From contig NC_043000.1 of the NCBI RefSeq assembly GCF_006345805.1, positions 45,880,001 through 45,944,000 on the forward strand: DNA of 64,000 bases. The letters run 5' to 3'. The position numbers and the translations under genes were made by a program. Source of the stretch: Octopus sinensis. Lineage: Eukaryota. The stretch's first letter is position 1. Each line of letters starts with the position of its first letter. The notes below the pieces were generated by a model that saw only the letters and a program-made list of their open reading frames with translations, was not told the origin of the DNA and made no database searches. Positions 40,826 through 53,558 of this stretch are shown one piece after another.

Positions 40826-41079
40826 TTTCATCCGTGGACTCTTCAGTACAATCGTTCCAATTCAATATAGTTTGTAGAACTATACACTAGATGTCCGTAT
40901 AAAATTAGACGTGTGTTTAGTTCTACCAATTACATTGGGGTTATTTTCAAATGTCAAAGTTCTGGCACACTAAATTCCGGAAACAGTTCCGCAGCAGATA
41001 ATTTTATAAGGACAACTAGTGTATAGTTCTACAAATTATATTGAATGAGATCGATCGTACTGAAGAGTCCACGAAGGAT
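40826..41079. mobile_element. Foldback element with a hammerhead core (CTGAAGA-GTCC..GGAT-GAAA) in each arm
   Basis: Arms 40830-40906 and 41001-41079 are reverse complements; the right end is cut by a SINE fragment. Confidence 0.6.
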
Positions 41080-42424
41080 ACAGTAGAAGACACTTACCCA
41101 AGATACCACGCAGTGGGACTGAACCCAGAACCATGTGGTTGGGAAGCAAGCTTCTTATTTCTTTACTGCCTACAAAGGGCTACACACAGAGGGGACAAAC
41201 AAGGACAGACAAACGAATTCGACAACATAACGGCAGACAAAATACCGCTAAGCATTTCACCTGGCATGCTAACATTTCTTACCACACAGCCACGCCTTTA
41301 AAATATGCATACATACATACATACACACTCATGCACACACACACACACTACCACCACTCACACACACATATAAAATAGGGCAGGATAGGAGTTATAATAT
41401 ACTAAACTAAATGCAATGTGGTAATGAAACAGTATCCCTTTATGTTTGGGTTCAAATCCTACAAACCTCAAACTTTGCCTTTTATTACCTGAGTCAATGA
41501 AAAGAGGCATCAGCAAAACATGGAGTTGATTAATTGTCTGCACTCTCTTCCCACCATGAAATGGGTGGCCTTGAATCATAGCTATAGAAATGCTAATTAC
41601 CATTAATTTTATTTTTGTTATTATTATTATTATTATTTTTATTTTTAGTTCAAAGTTATTCAGAGTAGGAAACTCGAGAAGACTATAGAATATAATAATA
41701 GCTTAGTGAAATTAAAAAGAAAAAGAACAATTAATTCCACATGTCATTCAAATTCCCATTATCATACCATTCTAAGGGAGCAATAAATACCGCCCACTTC
41801 AGAACATTCTAGACATGAGGTCATAGTTTGAAGCTCAAATAATGTGGCTAGCTGTTTTAACTTTCATCCCCCTTCAAATGTCGATAAACTATGTGACAAT
41901 CACCAAACTGGCTGCATCTCTTCTCTCCTTATAATATTGGTTTCATTTAGAGTCAAAAGAAACATAATTTGATCAATTTATTGCAATTGATTGTCTTTTT
42001 TTTTTCCTAATTAATGAGAATGTGTGAATCAAGAGTGAAGTTATCCTTAATTTTTTTTCATTCCAAAGCAGCAAAAGCAGTTGATTTGTGGTCAAGATAC
42101 TAATTATTAACTAGAAATTTAATATTTTCTATTAATGCAATTTTTATTAATTTTGATTAATTTTGATACATAAAATATTTCCTTGTAAGCAAACTTTGCC
42201 ATTTCCTCTGTTTATTCTTTCTCTCTTTCTCTGCCAGTCTGTCTGTCTGTCTCTCCTCTCTCTCTCTGACAGAATGTTTACTTTTCTGTGCTTATAAATC
42301 GCAGCAATAGAACTCTTTAACAAACTTTGATCCCTCACAATTACAACCAACCATGAGAAGGTGCAGACAGTACCTGTCTAGTAATAGTGCTACAATAAGA
42401 TATGGCCCTTATTTTTGTGTATGT

Positions 42425-42995
42425 ATGGGGGTTATCCATTTTATGTTGGATATCTACAAAAGGTTCCTGAACTAGTTATGTTTAATAAACAATAACTGAT
42501 TTACCTAAGTTTTAACATCATCTCTTTCAAAATATTCACCTTGCAGACCCAGTGTTCCAGCCAGTTTGGGAATCCAGCCAGAAAGTTGTTTTCTGTGAGT
42601 CGAGGACCTGCTGTGATTCACTTTGGATTTTAATAATGATGTTAAAAAAGTGATCTTTGAGCTGCATTTTTATCTTGGGTAAGAGATGCAAGTCCACAGG
42701 TGCTAAATCTAGTGAATAGGGTGGGTGTGGAAGCCATATCATGTTGCTTTTTGTGAGAAACTCATGATTGAAGAGAGCTTGGTAACAAGGTGCATTGTTG
42801 TCATGAAGAATCCAATTCTTTGAGTTCCACAGATCCCATCACTTTCCCCAAATGACAGTTAGGGGACGAATTTTTGATGCACAATACTGCATTCCTGGGA
42901 GTGGCATTCATGGTAGGTCTTCCAGATTGCTCACCATCTTTGAGGGACGTTTTCTACTTTCAAAGCATGCTTGTCACTCGAAATATTGCATATGA
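42425..42995 (-). mobile_element. Mariner (DD34D-type) relic, internally deleted
   Basis: NWILHDNNAP; MIWLPHPPYSLDLAPVDLHLLPKIK. Confidence 0.8.
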
Positions 42996-42999
42996 TACA

Positions 43000-43790
43000 T
43001 TGTCTTGTCGCTGTAAGTTTGTGATGGTGCAGAATCTTGCTGAAAGACATAAGGCCTTCTGCTGCATACACTGTTGATCTAAGGCTTAACAACTTTATCC
43101 AGAACCTCTTTATATGCAACAGGATTCACCCTAAGGCCACGTGGAAAATAGTGAGGGGTCATCATATTTTCTTCGTTGCTAACAACCCCTAAACTGTGAC
43201 ACTTGCAAAATATTTTGTGAGCATTACCGTTGGAACCTCAGAAGGGTCTGCACATAGCCATCTCTAATTTCTTCTGTTAGTTTTCTGGTCCTGGTCAAAG
43301 TTTTCCTCATCTCAGAAAAACCAAATCACATCATCTTCTGATGGATTTTTGAATATGTCCAGAAGTCTTTGGAATCTGATTAAATGGTTTTCTTTTTGTT
43401 TTTTTCTGTCATGAATTGGCCTCTCCTCATCATATAAGATTTATATCTGACGTCTTCATGCACAACATTTCTGATTGTTTTTTTTTCTGACACACAATAT
43501 ATTTTTTTGCAATCGACCTCATTCATTTTCCTGGATTGTCTTCAATGTTTTGCATAACTTTCAGAATAAATTCAGATATCCTGATAGAATCAGAGCATTT
43601 GGAATGTTTTTAACATTACAGATAATATGCTTCCATCTTCATTCTCTAACTCATGCCAAATCTTGTGAACAAAAGATCTTGCAAATTTCTGAAAACAAGA
43701 AATTTCTAAATCACTATGCTTAACTTTCAAAGTCACAATCACAGCATACGTTTTCATTTCATTAGCATGCATAGGACCAGTCATTCTTGT
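43000..43790 (-). mobile_element. maT (DD37D-type) transposase relic, N-terminus to second Asp
   Basis: MKTYAVIVTLKVKHSDLEI..ARSFVHKI; WFF*DEENFDQDQKTNRRN*RWLCADPSEVP; VFQQDSAPS. Confidence 0.8.
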
Positions 43791-43974
43791 TTCTGAAACA
43801 GAAGTTTAATAAAAAAAAAAATAGTCTAATAGAATAATGACTAAAAGTGCATGTGTCCTCAAATACCATCCACACCCTGTACATATATATATATATATAT
43901 ACCACATAACCAATCAGACTATCTGATGTTGTTTCACATCGCTAATCACAATGTGATTTGCATCGTTTTAGCCT

Positions 43975-44155
43975 TCAAATGATGGAACCCCATTGGCTAG
44001 GGGAGCAGACAAATATTCCGCTCTGATCAAAAGGGGGCTGAAGTAACATAAAATTAAGTGTTTTGCTCAAGAGTATATGCCATCTAATCTGGGAATCAAA
44101 CCCACAATCTAGCAATTGTGAGTGCAACAGCCTAACCATTAAGCCATACCTCTTC
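43975..44155 (-). mobile_element. SINE family C-related, decayed
   Basis: Head GAAGAGGTATGGCTTAATGGTTAGG on the minus strand. Confidence 0.6.
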
Positions 44156-44326
44156 ACACATAAGTATGTGTGTTTGTGTGTACATATACTTTTATTGATA
44201 GATATATTTACTCTTTTTCTACATCTGGGTATACTCGTCAGTATACAATCTTAGACTTATTCCATTTATGGGAGGAGCCACTGGATTTCATCCCTCATGT
44301 ATATGCTTGCTCATTGGTAATGCTTT

Positions 44327-44363
<37 letters not shown>

Positions 44364-44414
44364 TATGTGCTTAAATGTATTTGTCTTCCCAAATGAAATG
44401 CATTTCATGTCTGA

Positions 44415-44495
44415 GGCTCTGATGAAGCTGCAAGGTGTTACTCAGGCACTCAACTATGAGTTCGCTACATCTTATGGTGGAAACAGTTGTAAGCC
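44415..44495 (+). ncRNA. Type I hammerhead ribozyme motif with long stem II and 1-bp stem III
   Basis: GGCT-CTGATGA(44419-25)-[54-nt hairpin]-GAAA(44480-83)-C-AGTT-G-TA-AGCC; stem I GGCT/AGCC. Confidence 0.65.
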
Positions 44496-44545
44496 AATGA
44501 AGTTTGTAAGATAATCATTTATTATTTTGTCATCTCTTTTTCATA

Positions 44546-44577
<32 letters not shown>

Positions 44578-45005
44578 GTATTTATATAAACTCACCTCTC
44601 TTTCTCACTCACTTTCTATCTCTCACCTACTCTCCCTCTCCCTCTTGCACACACACAAGCATACACACATGCATATGCAATATTGAGTCCTTTAGGTCTC
44701 AGTCCAATAAAAAAAAAATTGAAGCACATGTGTAGGACATCTCAAGAAGTTTTCAACAGCTACTTGAAAAAATTTGAGTAGAGATGGCACGGTGACACAG
44801 ACAAGTATCTTGGTGGAGGTTGAGTGTGCTGTTCTGCAAAATAAAATAATTTCGATTTTTTGTAAATAACAGCAGTCAGTTATTGGTCAAAATGACTTTC
44901 ACTTTTTAAAAATTTTGCTATTGCAATATTGTCATCGTCTTTTAGAAATTGCTGTTGCTTCAACATTATTTTAACTGATATCATTAGCTGAATAATTACT
45001 ATTAA

Positions 45006-45225
45006 CCCTTTAGCATTCAGATTACCCTGTCAAATGTAAAGCCTGTTTAATTACATTGTTTTAAATTAATTGTACAGCATCTTGTAACTCTGAGATTTTG
45101 ATTTTGTCCTTGTTTATTTTTAGAATGACTTTGTAGGGTAGGTGTGAGAGGTCAGAGCTGGCTGGTTTGAGCATAAAACAGTAAGATAATTTTGGCCTGA
45201 TATGGCCAGTTTAAACACTAAAGGG
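45006..45225. mobile_element. piggyBac-type MITE, decayed
   Basis: TTAA-CCCTTTAG ... CTAAAGGG-ATAA. Confidence 0.7.
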
Positions 45226-45740
45226 ATAAATAATCTTGTAATGAAGCCTGTATGCTGTTGCTAAACCCTATAACTACAACATATAAACAAAAACAGCAAA
45301 AGTTTTAAATGTTCGCATACAATCGTATCTTCTCAATGAGCAATAAAATAAATTCAACACCAGAAATGAATGACAATGCAAAGCATTTAACTGTATGACA
45401 CATAAATTGGCTGCAGCATGATTTTTCAAACTAAAAATTTACTTTGTGGGTCTCCTAGCTGACACCAGCTGCAACTTGGCAAACTGAAATAGAACATTAT
45501 AATCAAGGACTACTAAAATTTCTATTACAAACAACAATATCTATCCATTTCTTGTCAGTTTTACCCACTGTTTCTGCTTTTATTACTCCATAAACTGAGC
45601 AGTCTCACTAGAGATCATACTTTTGAGGGCAGTATTTTTCTATTCTATCTTACTCTTAATGCTAAACTAGTTTATTTAGTTATAGAACTTTGTACATTTG
45701 GCTTTTTATTTGAACTTGGATATATATATAGATAAATATA

Positions 45741-46164
45741 TCTATACATATAAAGCTGAAGTTGTCTGTGTGTGTGTGTGTGTGGCAGGTTTGGTAGCCT
45801 TCAACAAACACTATCAAGTTGACCAAAATTGAGAGTATGATTGAAGGCTTGCTCTTCATTCCATAGAAGAAAAAATTCAAATCAGACCATGTTAAGCCCA
45901 AAAGTTATTTACATCAAAAAGGTGCCTTTTTTCTATGAAGATCCCTAATTTTTACAATTCTTTGACTTCTGTGTCGCCATTTTTTGGTGTGCTTCAACCA
46001 GAAAAAATGTTCACTTAAAGAGAATAACAATCTACATAATGCAAAATTTTTACTTTTCAAAAAAGATTGAAAGTAGGACAAAACTTTGTTAACGCGACAT
46101 CAAAGTCTGCTGTTTTAAGTGCAACTAAAAAACAAACTTGAACAATGCTGGGCTATACTGCTAG
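45741..46164 (+). mobile_element. Non-autonomous Helitron
   Basis: A|TC 5' end at 45741, CTAG|T 3' end at 46161-64; internal (TG)n. Confidence 0.75.
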
Positions 46165-46979
46165 TATATATATATATATTAGGTGGGGGGTCAAAATTTT
46201 ATATTCTGATTCCACATATTGCTTGGTTTTGTTATGCTTTCAATTTTTTTTGAAAAGTAAAAATTTTGCACGATGTAGATTGTTACTCTCTTTAAGTGAA
46301 AATTTTGGTGTGAGAAATAAATTAACAAATTTTAAAAAGTGTGCGATCACTCCTACCCCTCACATATGTGTTCTTCACATGAGAATAAATCTGCTTTGAC
46401 AGGGTCGTTGCTGTAGGAAATTCTACAGGAAATCCAAATGCTGTATTATGGCTTTAACTTATAGTTGCCATTATATAATTTTATATACTTAAATTATTAC
46501 AGTTTAAATTTATGTAGGTAATTTCGTAAAATTATGATACAATTTAGCTCTGAAATAATCTGGAAAAAAGAAAAGAAAATCATTTAACAAATGTATACAT
46601 ATTCTAAGAAAAATTCATTTAACACATATTGAAAAGTAGGAATTTGGAGAAGTAGCTACCTACCAATTGTCTAATGTCGCAATGTTTTTGCTATCTTTAC
46701 TCATCAGATGTTTTAAGCAAGGTTTCTACAGTGAAATATGATCAAATGTTTCATATGCATCAGCAGTTTAGTATATATACGTTAGAGATTATATGATTAA
46801 TATAGAAAATTAGGGTATTTAATTGTGTGTGTGTGTGTGTATGTAGTGGGGGGTATGCAAGGGGTACAGGGGTCACATAACCCTAATTTTCATATATTTT
46901 ATGCAAAATACTATTTGAAACTCTGTACATACTGTGGAATTAAGGTTCCTTAAAAATGATTGCGTTTCAACCCCACTTA

Positions 46980-47026
<47 letters not shown>

Positions 47027-47999
47027 CCTTTATATATACATACATGTGTGCGTGTGTATGTGTGTATACATGTATGTTTGTGTGTGTGTGTGTATTGCAT
47101 ACTTCACTTAGTATTGATTTGCTTTAGTGTTCCTTTCTTTTGCAGTCACCATTTTTCATTGAGCCAGAACTGCATTGTTATAATAACTGATTCACACTCA
47201 TGCATACTACTATATGTTATTGTAAAACCAGTAACACCATAAAAAAATTCTTGCTATTGAATTCCACAATAACAGTATCACAAAGATTATGGAAATTATG
47301 AAGCAATTTAACAAGAATATTCACGAAAGGGAGGGCAGTAGCAAGTGTAGTATTCTGCTGTCATGAATTGTTTTAAGAGAGAAAACTTCAGAAAATTTTT
47401 ATGGCTTATTTGGGGTGATACAACTGACAGAGCTGATAAATTTAGGCTGATATAGCTTATTTTGGCCTGTTATTCTGGAAGGTCCTCAATGTGGTGTAAA
47501 TTTCTCAGGAAAGAACCAACCACAGTAGATTCTCTATTAGTCTCAACAACGAACATTCTATTGTTTAACATAGTGAATTCCTACTTTTGAAATTTGATAA
47601 TAAGTGGTTGAGTATATCATGGTTATGTGTAATTAATACAGTAATATAGTACTCAGGCTGAATCATCAGCTTCATACTGTATTATAAAAAAGGACTTTGA
47701 ATTATCGGTACAATCCAAAGAGAAAAGAGAAGAGTCAACCCAAGTTCAGGAGACAGTATTTTATTTATCATATGAATGCAAAGTTGATAGCTTAAATAAA
47801 TCTTCTAAAACTTATATAAATCATTACTAATCAAGGATTTTATTAAGACACTGTTTTATAAAACATATTTAAATCAACTTAAAAACATAATAACATAAAT
47901 GTTTGCATCAATGAGGAAGTATCTATATGGTTCTCACCCTGCTAGAAATAGCAAGGAAAATCTCTCTCAAATGACAACTATCAACTTTAGAATTGGTAA

Positions 48000-48780
48000 G
48001 GATACATCATCATCATCCTCATCAGTTAACATCCATTGTCCATGCTGGCATGAGTGGGACTGTGTGATCAGAGTTAGCAAACTGGGTGGCTGAACCAGAC
48101 TCCAGTCTGATTTGGTATGGGTTCTGTGGCTGGATGCCCTTCGTAACACCAAATACTTTATAGAGTGTTCCAGGTGCTTTTATGTGATACTGCATGGGCA
48201 CGTTTACATGACACCACACAGGTGCTTTCATGTGGTGCCATGCAGGTGCTTTTATGTGATGCCACATGGAGGCTTTTACATGACACTGTACAGGTACTTT
48301 TACATGGCACCACCACGAGTGCTTTCTGCCACCAGAAGGATTAGTCTTAACATTTCTGCTGCAGGGTATGGGTCTTCATGAGTACAGCCAGGCAGCAGGT
48401 ATCTTGGTCCTTTGCCATCTCCTCTAAAAGGTTTAGCCTCCTTCGGTGCTTCCTCCTATGTCTTCTTGGGCCTCCCACATCTATGTATTCTATCTATTTT
48501 GAGAGATCAGCACTTCTTTATGGAGGTATTGGTATCCTTCCTCATCACATGATCAAACCTGTGCAGTTTTCTCTCTTGCACACAGCAAAAAATTCCTCTT
48601 AACTTCTCTCTCAGAACACTGGCAACTCTGTTGAACATGTACACTTACATTACACATCCAGCAGAGCATACTAGCCTCATTCTTTTTTTACCTTTGAATG
48701 TCCACTGAATTTAGGGCTCACATCTCACTACCATGTAGACTTGATGTCCATATGCATGCATCATACAAACTTCCTTTAAT
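48000..48780 (-). mobile_element. RTE LINE 3' fragment with UTR, ~24-bp internal minisatellite (48170-48310) and (GAT)n tail
   Basis: VLREKLRGIFCCVQERKLHRFDHVMRKD..CGRPKKT. Confidence 0.8.
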
Positions 48781-49179
48781 TTTGCTCCATAGAGATTGTC
48801 TTAGGTCACAGGGCTCACCTGGGGCTTCAATTACAACAACAACTGCATAGCTTAAAAATGGTAAGGACAATTGGATACCATTACTTTTAGAGAGCCTTAA
48901 TAAGAGGAGATGATCATATCTAAAATGCTTTCACAATAAATCTGCAGCATGAAAATTGATCAGAAGCTATACAACAGTTCCAATCATAGATGTTCTCTTG
49001 AGAAGCAGTCCCATTTCCTCTAAAACATTATTCAATATGAAATGAAGGATGTTAATACTGAGGATCAGAAATGATGAGTTAAGTTGATTTCAGTACATTT
49101 GTAAGAAAATGTTTTGATATAATTCTTGCCAAGTAATTCATAAAATTAGTTATAGAATATCTGTGTTAAGTGCAATATA

Positions 49180-49385
<206 letters not shown>

Positions 49386-49739
49386 CTTTTTGGACTTTTG
49401 TACTGCATGATTGCAACCTCAGGACTATCTATGTTTCTATAAAAATAAGACTCCAATAAAATTTGTACTTTTTCTCAATGTGATGATTTGTATTTGTTTT
49501 TTTCTTTCTTTTTTTTTTGTCTAACATTAAGAAATTATCCAACAAAACCATGAAATGCAGTAATATAATACTGCAGTTTCTTAGCACTTCTAGAGAAAAT
49601 CCAATTTTTGTTTCATTTGCAAAAGAGTGAAAATATATTTCAGATAAAATAACATCCAACAAAATGTATTTTATATAAAATAATTTGATATTTGATGTTA
49701 TGAGCCTAACACTTAGATATATAGAAATGTTTTTACACA

Positions 49740-49769
49740 TGTGTGTGTGTGTGTGTGTGTATGTGTGTA

Positions 49770-49802
<33 letters not shown>

Positions 49803-49829
49803 ATATGTATATATATATATATATGTGTG

Positions 49830-49923
<94 letters not shown>

Positions 49924-49980
49924 GAGAGAGAAAGAGAGTGAGATACATAGATATGTGTATGTATGTATGTATGTATGTAT
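49740..49980. repeat. (TG)n(TA)n(GA)n compound microsatellite
   Basis: Read directly. Confidence 0.95.
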
Positions 49981-50790
49981 ATTAATTGACAAATGTGTGA
50001 GCAGGTACAGATACATCACTGAAGCATGTGTGTTGTCAACACACATCCTCTAAAAGAAAAAATTGGTCTCCAAAGATGAAACCCTTCAGTAAGTAGCCTA
50101 TTCATGTTTACTTCTGCTGGAACATGTTAAGAATAAATATACACACTATTGTTTGATTCTCACTGTTTCGCAGAATCATAATAATTTAATAACAGCTTGC
50201 TAATGCTTGGTACATATCAACAAATAATTTATTTACCAAAGTCTACAAATAAGAATGACCTGTTTTTCTTTTTGATTCACTGTTTCTATCAGTGTCTCAG
50301 ACTGAAGGTGCACAAACATACCAAAACACTGGTGTTCCAGAGTTCACTATATTACTGATGCATGAAGTGTGTGTGTTGTTATCACGATTTGTTAAAAGGG
50401 AGAATTTCTCCTATGATAAAATGTAATAACATAAAGGATATTCACATCACAATTACTGAATTACAGGAACATGTTTTGAGCAAATATATGTATGATTTTC
50501 ATTCTTGTTTTTCTATACTCATAATACTTATACATATATATTTTATGTATATAACATAAGAACTCAGATATAGGTACAAACTGTTACACCCTTCCCGAAA
50601 ATAGTTTTTTCTCTCTGACTCACCCAAAAATTCTTTCTAATATTTCCAGAATTTGATAATATTGATAAATTGAAACCAGTAATATTTTATTAAACATTCT
50701 CTAAAATATATTTCTGTACCTTTTCCAGTTTTATTTACTTCTTTTTTTAAAACTATACTGTAATATATCTATGCATGTATGTATGTATTG

Positions 50791-51031
50791 TGAAGACACA
50801 CATCTTAGTAATTTGGCTCATGAGTTCAATTCCAGTAGCACATTGTGTCCTTCAGCAAAATGCTTTATTTCACATTACCAACCACATGGTTCTGGGTTCA
50901 GTCCCACTGCATGGCACCTTGGACAAGTATCTTCTACTATAGTCTCGGGCTGACCAAAGCCTTGTGAGTGGATTTGGTAGAAGAAAACTGAAAGAAGCCC
51001 GTCGTATGTATATATACATACACACATGCAC

Positions 51032-51075
<44 letters not shown>

Positions 51076-51279
51076 CTGTGTTTGTCCCCCCAACATCGCT
51101 TGACAACCAATGCTGGTGTGTTTACGTCCTTGTAACTTATTGGTTCGGCAAAAGAGACCAATAGAATAAGTACTAGGCTTACAAAGAATAAGTCCCAGGG
51201 TCGATTTGCTTGACCAAAAAGGCTGTGCTCCAGCATGGCCGCAGTCAAATGCCTGAAACAAGTAAAAGAGTAAAAGAGT
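50791..51279 (+). mobile_element. Composite: family C-like SINE head joined to a family A body
   Basis: GAAGACACAC..GAGTTCAATTCC..TTTATTTCACAT joined at ~50876 to TACCAACCACATGGTTCTGGG. Confidence 0.7.
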
Positions 51280-51859
51280 ATGTGCTGACTCCAAAAACTG
51301 AACATTGACACTCATACATGCAACAATACCTATTGATGTAGTTGAAATTCCAATGAAGAAATCTTGAATCTGGGTTAGAAACCAATACTTTCTCTATTGG
51401 CAATAAGTCTTGAAATAAAACTGAATATTGACATACACACATACATACATTTATACACACTTATCCCATCTATATATTCATACAAACATCGCCACAACAC
51501 ACATATATACATTCATATAGCTGCATGTTACGACATCTTGACGTCTTCTATACATATATATATATATATAAATATACAACCAAATACAAAGATTTCAACA
51601 CTTACAGATTTTACATATATTATAGCGAAGTACATTCATGCTGGAACATAAATAAGCACTTACGTCTTTATGACTGCAACATAATCCAAATGAAGACCAT
51701 TAATCCAGGGAAATACAGGACCATGTCCAATATTCCTAGATGTTATTATGGTTGAAACTTTGATCTCATTGACCCAGTTCTTCAAAGTTACCACTTTGGA
51801 AAGGTTACAGAAAATGTGAGTGTGCATAAACAATAATGTTTATCCATATTCATACACAT

Positions 51860-52019
51860 GTATATTTGTACATATATATATATATATATATACATATATA
51901 CATATATACATACATGCATATAAATATATATATATATATATATAAATATATATATATATAATATATATATATATACAAATATACAAATATATATATATAT
52001 TATATATATATATCTATAT

Positions 52020-52054
<35 letters not shown>

Positions 52055-52242
52055 CTATATATATATATATATATATATTTATGCATGTATGTAAATATGT
52101 ATGTATGTATGTATGTAAATATGTATGTATGTATGTAGTATGCAATGCAGGTTACTATATATGTAACTGTATTTGTATATATATACATGCATATGTATGT
52201 ATATATATTTATATGTATGTATATATATGTATATACACATTC

Positions 52243-52282
<40 letters not shown>

Positions 52283-52323
52283 CATAAATACATGCATACA
52301 TACATACATACATACATACAACA

Positions 52324-52355
<32 letters not shown>
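51860..52355. repeat. Long (TA)n/(TATG)n microsatellite tract
   Basis: Read directly. Confidence 0.95.
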
Positions 52356-53053
52356 GGTGGATGGTATTTTTGAAATTGTACGCACCAGTTACTTTCACAG
52401 AAGCCATGCAGCATATCATTTACAGTGAATTCTTTCACCAGGAACATCAATGATAATTCTTGTGGTTGATATTTTTGAAATGAAGCCATCAAATACCAAT
52501 ACTCTGATACAAATTCTTGTAAAAATATCGGTTTCTTGACTTGGTAAAAAAAGGCAGGAACTTCTTTGTTTTTGAAGTCAACATTGAATTGAGCATAGCT
52601 GAACAAGTGACATTAAATATAATATTATCAAGTATAATAAATCTGATATTGCAATAATATTTATTGTGAAAATCCTATTATAAAAATAGGTTTCAAATTT
52701 TGGCACATAGCTAGAAATTTCAGGAAGAGAGTAAGTCAATTACATAGACCCCAGTGTTGTGTCAAGTGAAGATGTAGTCGTGGCCAATGCCAGTGCCACC
52801 TGACTGGCACCCATACTGGTAGCATGTAATAAGCAACATTCAAATGTGGGTCAATGCTAGTGTTGCTTGACTGGTTCCCTGTGTTGGTGGCATGTAAAAA
52901 GCCCCATCCACATGTGGCCGATGCCAGTGCCCCCTGACTGGCTCCCTTGCCAGTGGCACATAAGTAGTGCCATCTGACTAGCATGCTATAAATTCTGCCA
53001 GCTCACTGCTGTAAATGCTATTAGAAATCTTCCTTTCTACTATAAACACAAGT

Positions 53054-53388
53054 GAAGGCACATAGCTCAGTGGTTAGAGTATCAATCTTACGATCGTGAG
53101 GTTGTGAATTTGATTCCTGGACCGGGATGTGTGTTGTGTTCTTGAGCAAGACACTTTATTTCACATTGCTTCAGTTCACTTAGCTTTAGAAATGAGTTGC
53201 AACGTCACTGGTGCCAAGCTGTATTGGCTTTTGCCTTTCCCTTGGTTAACATCGGTGCCATGGAGAGGGGAACAAGTATGCATAGGCAACTGCTGGTCTT
53301 CCATAAGTAACCTTGCCCAGACTTGTGCCTTGGAGATTAACTTTGGAGGTGCAATCCCATGGTCATTCATGACCGAATGAGGTCTCAT
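53054..53388 (+). mobile_element. SINE family C, full length
   Basis: A box TAGCTCAGTGG, B-box-like TTTGATTCC; matches 14232-14590. Confidence 0.85.
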
Positions 53389-53389
53389 A

Positions 53390-53558
53390 AGCACAAGGCC
53401 TGAAATTTCAGGGGAGTGGGTAAGTCAATTACATTGACTCCAGAAAGTATGAAAGGTGAAGTTGACCTTGGTGAAATTTGAACTTAGAATGTAAAGACAG
53501 ATAAATGCCGCTAAGCATTTTGCCTGGCATCCTAATGATTCTGCCAGCACACCACCTT
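53390..53558 (-). mobile_element. SINE family B
   Basis: Homology with the other copies. Confidence 0.8.

Noticed and set aside
48170-48310. ~24-bp tandem units that could suggest a CRISPR-like array
   Set aside because: No unique spacers; it is a degenerate minisatellite within the RTE 3' UTR of a eukaryote.
53054-53130. tRNA-like sequences at SINE heads (also 15088, 8548 and others)
   Set aside because: They continue into SINE bodies and lack a complete cloverleaf, so they are not tRNA genes.
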